A stretch of 64,000 bases of DNA from IMG/VR virus record IMGVR_UViG_3300027752_001458, positions 45,676-109,675 of that record; one strand, written 5' to 3'. Positions 18,806-29,224 of the stretch are shown here, in pieces. Below the pieces are notes generated by a model. It was given only the letters and a program-made list of their open reading frames with translations. It made no database searches and was not told the DNA's origin. This stretch comes from a virus. Positions within the stretch are counted from its first letter, which is position 1, and every line of letters begins with the position of its first letter. The position numbers were made by a program, and so were the translations under genes.

Positions 18806-18982
18806 ACGTATATACAAAAACATCAGATACTCACATCAAACGCAAAAATGGTTCAAAAAAGCCTGCTTTGCAAACAAAAACACATCTTTTAATAAGTAAA
18901 CATACATTATATTGTGTATAGTCGTTTGACTGTCTATGCATAATCATTTAAATGAAAACTTTTTTATTATTAGGAGCTCATA

Positions 18983-19756
18983 ATGTCAGAACGCAGTAAA
19001 TTAGAACAGGTCTTAGAATTCCTACTTGCGGAAGATAACGAGCGTGCCGAAGAGCTACTTCACGAATATGTCGTTGAAACTGCTCGTCAAGAGTACGAAC
19101 GTATATTGGACGAAGATGAAGTAGAAGCTAAAGACGAAGACGAAGCTGATTTAGACGAATCAGAAGAAACTGAAGAAGAAGCAGTCGAAGAAACTATTGA
19201 TCAAGCTGATCCTGAAAACGATTTTATTACAGATGTTGAAGAAACAGATGACGAAATTGAATCAGACGAAGTTGGTGAAATGGAATTAGACGGAGAAGGT
19301 GAAGAGGGCGAAGGAGAAGAGGAAGAGTTAGAAGACAAAGTCGACGAACTTGAATCAGAACTAGAAGACCTAAGAGCTGAATTTGAAAAATTACTTTCAG
19401 GTGACGACTCAGGTGACGAAGAAATTGAAGGCGACATGGAACCAGAAATGGGAATGGAACCAGAAATGGAAGAAGAATCCGTTGAATACGATTTAGACGA
19501 AGAAGTAGCAGAAGACGATGACGAAGTTGTCGAAGAAGCAACTAAACTTCAAGACGCAGTAGCGGCACCAAAAGGTGGCGATGCAGGCGAAGGTGAATCA
19601 CCATTCAGCAAACAGCCAAAAAGCACAACAGTAAGCGGACCAAACGGTGGCGGAAGCCCAGTTAAGTCTACAGACGGTGGCGAAGGTAACAAAGGCGAAG
19701 GCGCTAAAGTTAACCCAACTACTGACAACATTAAAGTTGAGCCTAAAACGGCGTAA
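18983..19756 (+). CDS. Highly acidic prohead core/scaffold-like protein
   Basis: Glu/Asp-rich; between portal and prohead protease; AGGAG RBS. Confidence 0.65.
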   Translation: MSERSKLEQVLEFLLAEDNERAEELLHEYVVETARQEYERILDEDEVEAKDEDEADLDESEETEEEAVEETIDQADPENDFITDVEETDDEIESDEVGEMELDGEGEEGEGEEEELEDKVDELESELEDLRAEFEKLLSGDDSGDEEIEGDMEPEMGMEPEMEEESVEYDLDEEVAEDDDEVVEEATKLQDAVAAPKGGDAGEGESPFSKQPKSTTVSGPNGGGSPVKSTDGGEGNKGEGAKVNPTTDNIKVEPKTA

Positions 19757-19784
19757 TGTTTATTAATATTAGGAGTTTTTAACA

Positions 19785-20414
19785 GTGCGTAAACTATACG
19801 AATATATGAGTTCAGAACAAAGTAAGATTCAATTACTTGAATCAAACGATGGTAAGGACTTATTCATGCAAGGACTATTCATCCAGGGTGACGTAAAAAA
19901 TCAAAATGGAAGAGTATATCCGAAGGATGAGATTCAACGTGCTGTTGAGAACGTAACTAGTAGATTAAGTACAGGCGAAACTGTAATGGGCGAGTTAGAT
20001 CACCCAGAAGAGTTACAAATAAACCTAGACCGAGTAAGTCATATCATTACAGAAATGCAATGTGATGGCTCTAATGGTTTAGGTAAACTTAAAATAATAG
20101 ATACACCAATGGGGAATATTGCAAGAGCGTTATTAAAAGCAGGAGCAAAGTTAGGTGTGTCAAGCAGAGGGAGTGGTAATGTTAATGAAAGCGGTAAAGT
20201 TTCCGATTTTGATATCATTACTGTAGATATAGTTGCCCAACCAAGTGCCCCAGATGCGTATCCAAAGACCATTTATGAGTCTTTGTTTAACATGAAAGGT
20301 GGTAGTATGATACATACTATTGCAGAAGACTATACACATAACAAAAACCAAGATGTTGAAATGCATCTAAGTAAACAAATCGTTAATTTTATTAACGAAT
20401 TAAAATTGAGGTAG
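19785..20414 (+). CDS. gp21: Prohead protease
   Basis: NQNGRVYP, GELDHP, VSH, GVSSRGSG, DIVAQPSAPDA. Confidence 0.95.
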   Translation: MRKLYEYMSSEQSKIQLLESNDGKDLFMQGLFIQGDVKNQNGRVYPKDEIQRAVENVTSRLSTGETVMGELDHPEELQINLDRVSHIITEMQCDGSNGLGKLKIIDTPMGNIARALLKAGAKLGVSSRGSGNVNESGKVSDFDIITVDIVAQPSAPDAYPKTIYESLFNMKGGSMIHTIAEDYTHNKNQDVEMHLSKQIVNFINELKLR

Positions 20415-20423
20415 GAGACTACT

Positions 20424-21533
20424 ATGGCAGTAAACTTTAAAGACCTTATCGAGTCTAGCGATATGAACGAAGAAGTTCGTACAAGTATCGTTGAGGCCTG
20501 GGAAAGTCGTCTTGCCGAAGCCCGTGAGGAACTAACAGCAGAATTAAGAGAAGAGTTTGCTCAAAGATATGAGCATGACAAAGGCTTAATTGTTGAAGCA
20601 GTTGATGGATTTATCAAAGAAAGAGTTGAAGCAGAAATGCTTGAGCTTGCTGAAGATAAGCAAACAGTTGCTAAAGAAATAGTTACTTACAAAAAGGCTG
20701 TTAGCGAACATGCTGTTAAATTAGAGAAGTTTATCGCTGAGCAACTTGCAAAAGAAGTTAAAGAGTTAAGAACAGATAGAACTAACGTTCAATCACATGT
20801 TACTAAACTTGATGATTTTGTAGTTGAGCAGTTAAGCAGTGAACTCAAAGAGTTCCATGCGGATAAGCAGGCTTTAGTTGAACAGAAAGTGAAAATGGTT
20901 AGAGAAGGCAAAAAACAACTTGCTGAATCCAAAGCAGATTTCATTAAACGTGCCGCTGACAAGGTGGAAACTGTTGTCAACAAGATTGTAAAAGAGAATG
21001 TTGGAACGTTTAGAGATGATATCACAGCCGCAAGAGAGAACGATTTCGGTCGTAGAATATTCGAATCATTTGCAAATGAGTATAGATCAAGTTACTTGAA
21101 CGAAAACTCAGCAGTAAAAGATTTGCAGAAGGAAATCGCTGAAGTGAAAAACCAGTTAGCAGAAAGTAAAACAGAAGTTAAAGCGAAAGCTAAGACATCT
21201 GCTATTACAGAAAGCAAACTAAGAGTATCAGAAGACAGATATGCTCGTAAGGAGCAACTGGATGAGTTACTCAGACCTTTAGCTAAAGGAAAGAAAGAGA
21301 TAATGGTGGACCTTCTTGAAAGTGTAAAAACTGAGAATTTAGAGAAGCAGTTTAATAAGTATCTTCCTAGTGTTTTAGACGGCGAAAGCACACTTAAAGA
21401 AGATCGTAAACCATTAACAGAATCAGTGAGACAAGAACACACTGGTAATAAAAGCGTACAGCCTTCAACTGAAGATGTACAGGGCGTAGTCGAAATTGAC
21501 GAAATCCGTAAATTAGCCGGACTTTCAAATTAG
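20424..21533 (+). CDS. gp22: Prohead scaffolding protein
   Basis: Coiled-coil acidic protein between gp21 and gp23. Confidence 0.8.
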   Translation: MAVNFKDLIESSDMNEEVRTSIVEAWESRLAEAREELTAELREEFAQRYEHDKGLIVEAVDGFIKERVEAEMLELAEDKQTVAKEIVTYKKAVSEHAVKLEKFIAEQLAKEVKELRTDRTNVQSHVTKLDDFVVEQLSSELKEFHADKQALVEQKVKMVREGKKQLAESKADFIKRAADKVETVVNKIVKENVGTFRDDITAARENDFGRRIFESFANEYRSSYLNENSAVKDLQKEIAEVKNQLAESKTEVKAKAKTSAITESKLRVSEDRYARKEQLDELLRPLAKGKKEIMVDLLESVKTENLEKQFNKYLPSVLDGESTLKEDRKPLTESVRQEHTGNKSVQPSTEDVQGVVEIDEIRKLAGLSN

Positions 21534-21543
21534 GAGATAAGAA

Positions 21544-22689
21544 ATGGCAGAATTATTTGAGAGCAATTGGTCAGCAACTAAGGATGCACTACTTGAGGGT
21601 TTAAGTGGTTCACGAAAAAGTTCATTGGATGTGGTCCTTGAAAACACTAAGAGACATCTTCAGGAATCAGCTTCAGGTGGAGCGACACAGGCTGGCAATA
21701 TTGCTACATTAAACAAGGTTATGTTACCTTTAATCAGAAGGGTTATGCCTTCCGTGATTGCAAACGAACTAGTAGGCGTACAGCCTATGACTGGCCCAGT
21801 AGGGCAGATTCACACATTAAGAGTGAGATATGCAGACAACACTTCGGGTACTAACCCAGGTGATGAAGCATTAAGCCCATTCAAGATTGCAAATCAATAT
21901 TCAGGCAACCCAGACGCTACTGCAAGTAGTGAAGGAACTGCTGGTAATAAGATGAGCATCCAAATCTTGAAGCAAACTGTTGAAGCTAAAACTAGACGTT
22001 TAAGTGCAAGATGGACTTTTGAGTCAGCTCAAGATGCCGAAGCTATGCACGGTTTAGATGTTGAAGCAGAAATCATGCAGGCACTAGCACAAGAAATCGT
22101 AGTTGAAATCGACCAAGAAATTATCGGTTCACTAAGAACTCTAGCTGGAACAGGTACTGCGTTAAACTTTAACGGTATTAGCACTGACTACAAACCAACT
22201 TACGTTGGTGACAGACATGCTCTATTAGCTGTTGAAATTAACAGAGCGGCAAACAGAATTGCGGCAAGAACAAGACGTGGCGCTGGTAACTACATCGTAG
22301 TTAGTCCAGAAGCGTTGACTATTTTACAGTCAGCATCTACTTCTACTTTTGCTAGAACAACAGAAGGTTCATTCGATGCACCTACTAACACTAAACTTGC
22401 TGGTACTTTAAACGGTTCCATCAAAGTGTTTGTTGATTCTTATGCGGCAGACGGTACTAAGGTACTAGTAGGATATAAAGGTTCATCAGAAACTGATGCT
22501 CCTGCGTTCTATTGTCCTTACATCCCATTAATGAGCACAGGTCCAGTTATGGATCCGAGCACATTTGAACCAGTAGTTTCGTTCATGACTAGATATGGTT
22601 ATATTGAACTTACTAACACTGCTTCATCTTTGGGTAACGCGGCAGATTACGTTGACGCAATTACATTGTCAAACGTAGCATTCCAGTAA
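21544..22689 (+). CDS. gp23: Major capsid protein
   Basis: LIRRVMP, GVQPMTGPVG, VEAKTRRL, FYCPYIPL, FMTRYG. Confidence 0.96.
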   Translation: MAELFESNWSATKDALLEGLSGSRKSSLDVVLENTKRHLQESASGGATQAGNIATLNKVMLPLIRRVMPSVIANELVGVQPMTGPVGQIHTLRVRYADNTSGTNPGDEALSPFKIANQYSGNPDATASSEGTAGNKMSIQILKQTVEAKTRRLSARWTFESAQDAEAMHGLDVEAEIMQALAQEIVVEIDQEIIGSLRTLAGTGTALNFNGISTDYKPTYVGDRHALLAVEINRAANRIAARTRRGAGNYIVVSPEALTILQSASTSTFARTTEGSFDAPTNTKLAGTLNGSIKVFVDSYAADGTKVLVGYKGSSETDAPAFYCPYIPLMSTGPVMDPSTFEPVVSFMTRYGYIELTNTASSLGNAADYVDAITLSNVAFQ

Positions 22690-22712
22690 GTCTTACTTAA
22701 CGGAATAAAATT

Positions 22713-22744
22713 AAAAGCACTTCCTTCGGGAGGTGCTTTTTTTT
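22713..22744 (+). terminator. Rho-independent terminator after gp23
   Basis: AAAAGCACTTCC-TTCG-GGAGGTGCTTTTTTTT. Confidence 0.9.
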
Positions 22745-22801
22745 GAGTTTTTGTTCAAAAAGATAAATACAACATATAAAGTTGAACTTTAGGCGAGCTA
22801 T

Positions 22802-25800
22802 ATGACAAACAAAACTAATTTTAATCCAGACGGCAATCTATTTGTAAAAGGCGGTATAACTGCCGAAGGAACAGTAGTTGCTTCCGGAACTGGAATATCC
22901 AGTATTGCAGGAGAACTTGTAGTTCTCGGCACAGGTAACACTACAATCGCAGGCGACCTTGTTGTTGCAGGCAAGATGGAAGTTACCGGAGACATAGTAT
23001 TTAAAAGCGATACACAAACTGTTAACGAAGCAGACGGTTACGTTATTAACAGTGACAGTGATGTTGCCACAGCATACTTACAAATCAATTCAGATGTAAG
23101 CAACATAAGATTATCATACAGCACAAATAGTGCTACAATTGGTTATGCAGGCATAACAGAACATGTAAACGTCAACGCCACTTCGTTCCATGTGTCAAAC
23201 AACATATCAGCTGGTGGTAACTTATCAGCTGATGGACAATTAGCAGTTACTGGTAACACTACTTTAAGTAACTTAACAGTTAACAGTGGATTAACAGTAA
23301 CAGGCGAAACAGGCTTTGCTGAATCCATTACTCTGCCAAATGACAAGTCAGTAATTTTTACAGGCGGCTCGACCCTTACTTCAACTAGATGGTCAGGTAC
23401 AGCCAATATAGCAGATAAGTTAACTACCCCAAGAACAATTACAACCCAATTGACAGGTGATGTTGTTGGTACAGGTTCAATAGCATTTGACGGACAAACT
23501 GATGTTACAATAGCCATTGCTACTACTGGGTACAGAGACGATTCAGTGATACTTGGCACAGATACAACGGGTAACTATGTTGCCACAATAGCAGATTCAG
23601 GTAACGGTAGATTAGTAGTAACAAACAGTGGTAGCGAAGATGCCGCAGTTATTTTAGAATTAGGCGACACAGCCGTTACTCCTAAAACATACGGACAAGC
23701 AGATTCTATACCACAAGTAACAGTCGACCAGCAAGGTAGATTAACTAACGCATCTAATGTGTCAATACAGATAGCAACAAGTCAGGTTACAGACTTAGAC
23801 TTAGCTATCCAGAGCAATGTTAGTGCAGGTACAGGACTCACGTACACGTCAGCTACAGGTGTTTTCAACATCACTGATACTATTACAGGTGCAAGTTTTG
23901 GTAGTGCTACAGCAGTACCTACGTTCACTGTAAATGACCAAGGACAACTAACAGCGGCGGCAGATCAAAACATAGCAATACCTCATACGCAAGTTACAGA
24001 CTTTGACACAGAAGTTAGAGCATTAGTAAGCCATGTAGATGCAGGTGGCGATGGTAGTTTAGCATATGATAGTTCAACTGGTGTAATTACTTATACAGGT
24101 CCAAGTGCCGCAGAAGCAAGAGCACATATTAGTGTTACAGATGCTGGTGGAGACGGAAGTGCGGCTTATAATAGTTCAACTGGTGTAATTACTTACACAG
24201 GTCCAAGTGCTACAGAAGTTAGAGCCCACTCGTCAGGTGGTGACGGTATTGATTATGCTTCAGGTGTAATTGATGTAGATGCTACAGTTGTAAGAACAAA
24301 CACCGCAGGTGTACAAACAATTTCTAAAGATACAACATTTACTGGCACAGTTGACTTAACAGGTTCAACAGTAACAGCATTAACTCAAGCAAACAGCGAT
24401 ACAACAACTAAAGTTGCAACAACACAATATGTTGAAAACAGAATTGCAACAGTGTTAGGTGATGCTCCAGCGGCATTAGATACTTTAGGCGAAATTGCAA
24501 ACGCATTAATAGATGATAACAACATTGGTAACGTACTAACAGCAAGTATATCTAACACAGATTCAAATGCTATAGTTAAGCAAGGTACAATGGCAATGAT
24601 AGGTGACCTAGACTTAGGCACAAATAAAATTGTAAGTGTTGGAGATCCTACAGCGGCACAAGACGGAGCCACAAAGAATTATGTCGACACAGCAAACTCT
24701 GAAATGCTTAGTTATGTTAACACAGCAAACTCTGAAATGCTTAGTTATGTTGACACAGCAAATACTAATATGCAAAGTTATGTTGACACAGCAAATACTA
24801 ATTTGCAAAGTTATGCAGATGATGGAAAAGTAGCCAAGACGTTTAATATTGGCGCTTCATACTCATTTAACTTGTCTACTAAACTTGCTAACGGACTAAT
24901 TGTTTCTGCGGAATCGGCATCATTGGCAAGTCCAGCAACAGCGAACAACACAGTAGCATTTAGTAATCTAGATGATACACAAAATCTATTCATTAACACT
25001 GTAAAGTTTGACCATTCATATGCAGTACTGCATGAAGGCGAACAAACTGTTAGCGGAAAAGTAAGCACACTAGTAGGCGATGGAACAACAACTACTATTG
25101 TAACACCTACAGCTCACAGAGCTACAACAGGCGAAGCATACGCCATTTATAATACTAGTGATGTGGCAACGCACGGCATATTTATTGCAACAGTTATTAA
25201 CGCAACAACGTTCACAGTACCTAGCAGTTTTAATGGTTCAGCAACTGGTTCAGCAAGTTTACCTGGGTTTGTAGATTCAAACGCAACAGCAGATAATCAG
25301 ACCAGAAATGGTAACTTGTTTATACACGGTGACGTAGTATTTTCTAGAGGAATCGATGCAGGTGAAACGGAAGGCAGAAAACAAGGTACAGGTAAGATAA
25401 CTTCGGCTGGCGATATAGTGCATGCCAAATCCGCAAACGCAACATATGCCGCGGCACAGAGTTTTATATCAAATGTGCCACAGTATCATTACAAAAGCAC
25501 AATCGGTGCATTAACAGGTGCCACGTCGGTGTCAGCAATGGCATTCACAGGGTCGAATATATTTGTAGTAACAGGTGCCGCTGACACCACCGATACTTAC
25601 TTGGGTGCAGAAGCAACAGGTAACATTAATGCAGTAGCAGGATATGCCAGCACAGAAATTGGTGTAGCAAGAGCTCACTATCAGAACTGGGGCAAAACAA
25701 CAGCATTCGTCGGCGACTTTGCTAATGTAACAAACTTTACAAATGTTTACGACAAGTCCACAGAATCAGACCAAGCAAATAATTCAGGTGACGGTAGTAC

Positions 25801-28600
25801 ATTTACTACTGGTTCGAGACCATTAGAAAGATTAACAGTAGACGGTGCTATACAACTAGGTCCAAGGCATACGCCAACAGACTTACTAGTTAACGGTACA
25901 ATGTTCTACGATGACAATGATAACAAATTAAAAGGTGTACAAAACAATAGAATTATTGAACTTTCAGCTGAAACTGTTAGTACAATACACCCAGGTGACG
26001 GTACAGGTGACCACGCTATAACTAATCCATTAAGTGGATCAACTTATTACTTGAAACAGCTATCAGCTGGAACAGGTATTAGCATGGCAAATGCCGGCTC
26101 TAACAGTGCAGACATAATCACTGTATCAACAAACGATGCTCACATTAGAACATTGTTAACTGGTACAAGTAATATAACTTATAATAACACAACCGGTGTA
26201 ATAAGTCAAGCATTGACAACAACAGACGTTACAGAAGGCGACAACTTATACTTTACAAACGAGAGAGTTGACGACAGAGTAGGCGCATTAATTGTAGGCG
26301 GTGCAAACATCAGTGTAACATATGATGATGCCGCTGGTACGTTAACAGTTGCCGCAGACTTAGATGGCGATGTTACAAGTGTTGTAGCAGGCGCAGGTCT
26401 TATTACAGGCGGCACATCGGGTGACGTAACTTTAGACATTGGAGCAGGAACTGGTATAACAGTTAATGCAAACGATATAGCAATAACAAATTCAGGTGTT
26501 ACAGCAGGTACATATGGTACTGCTTCACAAACACCAACACTCACTGTTAACGCACAAGGACAATTAACAGCCGCAAGCCACCAAGCGATTAGTATTACAG
26601 CATCGCAAGTTAGTGACTTCGACGAAGCACTTGACGACAGAGTAAATGGGCTAGTAGTTGGTGGTAGTAACATCACTGTAACATATAATGATGTTGCAAA
26701 CACATTTACAATTGATGCAGATGACACAGGCGACATTACAGCCGTAACAGCAGGCACAGGATTAACAGGCGGTGGCTCCGACGGAGACGTTTCACTTAAC
26801 GTTATAGGCGGAAAAGGTATTACTGCTAGTGCAGATGAAATTGCATTAGACTTTACAGATTTCAATACAAGCAATATTACAGAAGATACAAATTTATATT
26901 ATACTGAGGCAAGAGCAGATGCTAGAGTAGACGCAGGATTTACTGCTAAGTCAACAAGTGATTTAAGTGAAGGAACTAACTTATACTATACAGATGTAAG
27001 AGCAGATGCAAGAATTACAGCGTCTGACACTGATGCATTAAGCGAAGGTTCAACTAACTTATACTTTACAAACGCAAGAGCAGACGCTAGAGCAGATAGT
27101 AGGTTTGCAACTCAATTAGCGGCATCTGATACAGACGATTTAAGTGAAGGTTCAACTAACTTATACTTTACAAACGCAAGAGCAGATGCAAGATTTGATG
27201 TTAAAATTGCGGCGGCTGACACTGCCGATTTAAGTGAAGGCACTAACTTATACTATACAAATGCAAGAGCAGACGCTAGAATAACTAACGCATTAATTGA
27301 CGAAGATAGCATGGTAACTAACAGTGCTACTAGAATTCCTTCACAGCAATCTGTTAAAGCATACGTTGATGCACAGGTAGATACAAAAGATGCACTTAGC
27401 GAATTAAGTGGCGATACAGATGATGTATCAGAAGGCTCAACAAACTTATACTATACAAATGCAAGAGCAGATGCAAGAATTTCAAATGCAATACTAGATT
27501 CAGATGCATTTACTGGTGCAACTGCAACTAACATACCATCAGCAGAATCAACAAAAGCATACGTTGATACAGCGGTTCTTGGCGTAGTTGGTGGATCGCT
27601 AGATTTAAGCAGTAAAACTACAGACGACTTATCTGAAGGTACAAGCAACTTATACTATACAAATGCAAGAGCAGATGCAAGAATTTCAGCGGCTAGTACA
27701 AGTGATTTAAGTGAAGGAACTAACTTATATTATACCCAAGGTAGATTTAATACTGCCTTTACAGCAAAAGATACGGATGCGTTAAGTGAAGGATCAACTA
27801 ACTTATACTTTACAAATACCCGAGCAGATGCAAGAGTAAGTGCAACATTACCTAACACAGATAGTTTAACTGAAGGTACGAGCAACTTATACTTTACAAA
27901 TGCCAGAGCAGATGCAAGAATTACAGCGGCTAGTACAAGTGATTTAAGTGAAGGAACAAACGAGTACCACACAGCGGCAAGAGTTAATACACTAGTAGAC
28001 AATAGAGTTACCACTGCATTCGTCGATGCACTAAATGTTGATGCTGATACATTGGATAGTATTTCAAGTGCAAGTTTCATGAGAAGCGATGCGGCAGACA
28101 CGCATACTCATACTATTACACCAGCAGTAGACAACAGTATTGACTTAGGATCAGGTTCTTTACGATACAATGAAGTACACGCAGTAACTTTCCAAGGAAC
28201 AGCAAGTTCGGCGAATTTTGCGGATTTGGCAGAGCGATATGTTGCAGACGAATCTTATACTCCAGGAACAGTTGTTGAATTTGGTGGAGCCAATGAAGTA
28301 ACAGCAGTTACTAGAGAAGGGACACCAGCAGTAGCAGGCGTTGTTTCAACAGATCCAGCATACTTAATGAATGCTCAACTAGAAGGCACGAATGTTATAG
28401 CAGTTGCACTTAGAGGAAGAGTTCCGTGTAAAGTGCTTGGGCCTATTAGAAAAGGTGATGTACTCATAGCAAGTAGTACAAAAGGCTTTGCAAAAGCGGC
28501 ACCGTTTAGAGGATATCAAACTCCTGCGGCAAGTATTGTAGGCAAAGCAGTCGGCGAGTTCCTACAAATAGGCGAAGGCGTAATTGAAATCGTAGTATAA
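22802..28600 (+). CDS. Long virion fibre/structural protein
   Basis: 1932 aa Thr/Gly/Ala-rich; APAALDTLGEIA fibre motif; repeats; C-terminal ADLAERY...GVVST...VALRGRVPCKV chaperone/autocleavage-like domain. Confidence 0.8.
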   Translation: MTNKTNFNPDGNLFVKGGITAEGTVVASGTGISSIAGELVVLGTGNTTIAGDLVVAGKMEVTGDIVFKSDTQTVNEADGYVINSDSDVATAYLQINSDVSNIRLSYSTNSATIGYAGITEHVNVNATSFHVSNNISAGGNLSADGQLAVTGNTTLSNLTVNSGLTVTGETGFAESITLPNDKSVIFTGGSTLTSTRWSGTANIADKLTTPRTITTQLTGDVVGTGSIAFDGQTDVTIAIATTGYRDDSVILGTDTTGNYVATIADSGNGRLVVTNSGSEDAAVILELGDTAVTPKTYGQADSIPQVTVDQQGRLTNASNVSIQIATSQVTDLDLAIQSNVSAGTGLTYTSATGVFNITDTITGASFGSATAVPTFTVNDQGQLTAAADQNIAIPHTQVTDFDTEVRALVSHVDAGGDGSLAYDSSTGVITYTGPSAAEARAHISVTDAGGDGSAAYNSSTGVITYTGPSATEVRAHSSGGDGIDYASGVIDVDATVVRTNTAGVQTISKDTTFTGTVDLTGSTVTALTQANSDTTTKVATTQYVENRIATVLGDAPAALDTLGEIANALIDDNNIGNVLTASISNTDSNAIVKQGTMAMIGDLDLGTNKIVSVGDPTAAQDGATKNYVDTANSEMLSYVNTANSEMLSYVDTANTNMQSYVDTANTNLQSYADDGKVAKTFNIGASYSFNLSTKLANGLIVSAESASLASPATANNTVAFSNLDDTQNLFINTVKFDHSYAVLHEGEQTVSGKVSTLVGDGTTTTIVTPTAHRATTGEAYAIYNTSDVATHGIFIATVINATTFTVPSSFNGSATGSASLPGFVDSNATADNQTRNGNLFIHGDVVFSRGIDAGETEGRKQGTGKITSAGDIVHAKSANATYAAAQSFISNVPQYHYKSTIGALTGATSVSAMAFTGSNIFVVTGAADTTDTYLGAEATGNINAVAGYASTEIGVARAHYQNWGKTTAFVGDFANVTNFTNVYDKSTESDQANNSGDGSTFTTGSRPLERLTVDGAIQLGPRHTPTDLLVNGTMFYDDNDNKLKGVQNNRIIELSAETVSTIHPGDGTGDHAITNPLSGSTYYLKQLSAGTGISMANAGSNSADIITVSTNDAHIRTLLTGTSNITYNNTTGVISQALTTTDVTEGDNLYFTNERVDDRVGALIVGGANISVTYDDAAGTLTVAADLDGDVTSVVAGAGLITGGTSGDVTLDIGAGTGITVNANDIAITNSGVTAGTYGTASQTPTLTVNAQGQLTAASHQAISITASQVSDFDEALDDRVNGLVVGGSNITVTYNDVANTFTIDADDTGDITAVTAGTGLTGGGSDGDVSLNVIGGKGITASADEIALDFTDFNTSNITEDTNLYYTEARADARVDAGFTAKSTSDLSEGTNLYYTDVRADARITASDTDALSEGSTNLYFTNARADARADSRFATQLAASDTDDLSEGSTNLYFTNARADARFDVKIAAADTADLSEGTNLYYTNARADARITNALIDEDSMVTNSATRIPSQQSVKAYVDAQVDTKDALSELSGDTDDVSEGSTNLYYTNARADARISNAILDSDAFTGATATNIPSAESTKAYVDTAVLGVVGGSLDLSSKTTDDLSEGTSNLYYTNARADARISAASTSDLSEGTNLYYTQGRFNTAFTAKDTDALSEGSTNLYFTNTRADARVSATLPNTDSLTEGTSNLYFTNARADARITAASTSDLSEGTNEYHTAARVNTLVDNRVTTAFVDALNVDADTLDSISSASFMRSDAADTHTHTITPAVDNSIDLGSGSLRYNEVHAVTFQGTASSANFADLAERYVADESYTPGTVVEFGGANEVTAVTREGTPAVAGVVSTDPAYLMNAQLEGTNVIAVALRGRVPCKVLGPIRKGDVLIASSTKGFAKAAPFRGYQTPAASIVGKAVGEFLQIGEGVIEIVV
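24680..24811 (+). repeat. 4 x 33-bp coding tandem repeat (YVDTANSEMLS-type hendecad)
   Basis: Units start at 24680, 24713, 24746, 24779; they form two near-identical pairs. Confidence 0.9.
26220..27990 (+). repeat. ~12 coding repeats of DxLSEG(S)TNLY(Y/F)TNARADAR
   Basis: Counted in the translation; related units also occur in the second fibre. Confidence 0.85.
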
Positions 28601-28618
28601 AAATCGGATAACAAGTTA

Positions 28619-29071
28619 ATGAGATTTATTATAATCGGTGTATTATTATCTATGTTCTCAGCAAGCGTTTTAGCAATGCCTGTACTAGAAGAACCGGAAT
28701 TAATATTTACTAATAGGTTAAACCCACTAAGTATATTCAATCCACCAAAAGAACCAGAATTGGTATTTACTAAACCTTTCGACACCACTCTTCGTCTCAA
28801 ACATTATGAAGATGGTCGTAAGGCTAAGATGTATTGGTATGCTATCAATGCTCTAGATGTGTACACTACTTATAGTGGATTGAGACAAAATGGAAATTTG
28901 TATGAAGTCAATCCATTGCTACCAGACAGACCTAGTTTATCACAGTTGATTTTACACAAGGCAGTGCTATTAACTGTATATGATCGCCATCTTGCATTTA
29001 CGAAACAGGATTATCGCTATTTGAATTTCATCCTTACTACTGTTGTCATTAATAATAAATCACTTTACTAG
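28619..29071 (+). CDS. Secreted/membrane hypothetical protein
   Basis: Signal-peptide-like N-terminus, duplicated EPEL(I/V)FT, LDVYTT...EVNPL motif. Confidence 0.6.
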   Translation: MRFIIIGVLLSMFSASVLAMPVLEEPELIFTNRLNPLSIFNPPKEPELVFTKPFDTTLRLKHYEDGRKAKMYWYAINALDVYTTYSGLRQNGNLYEVNPLLPDRPSLSQLILHKAVLLTVYDRHLAFTKQDYRYLNFILTTVVINNKSLY

Positions 29072-29224
29072 AAGAAATAGTAGTTTAGTGTTTTAAAACA
29101 CACCCCTTTCTAACTTTCTCGATAAATACTGTTTATAAATAATGCGTTAGCATTAATTATGACTAGGCACTCGACGGAATGTCTAGACTACATAAACGTA
29201 GAACATAAAAATAGGAAGAATACG

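Noticed and set aside
26220-27990. Repeat-spacer-like DNA pattern suggesting a CRISPR or guide array
   Set aside because: In-frame protein repeats with synonymous variation and irregular spacing; no cas genes
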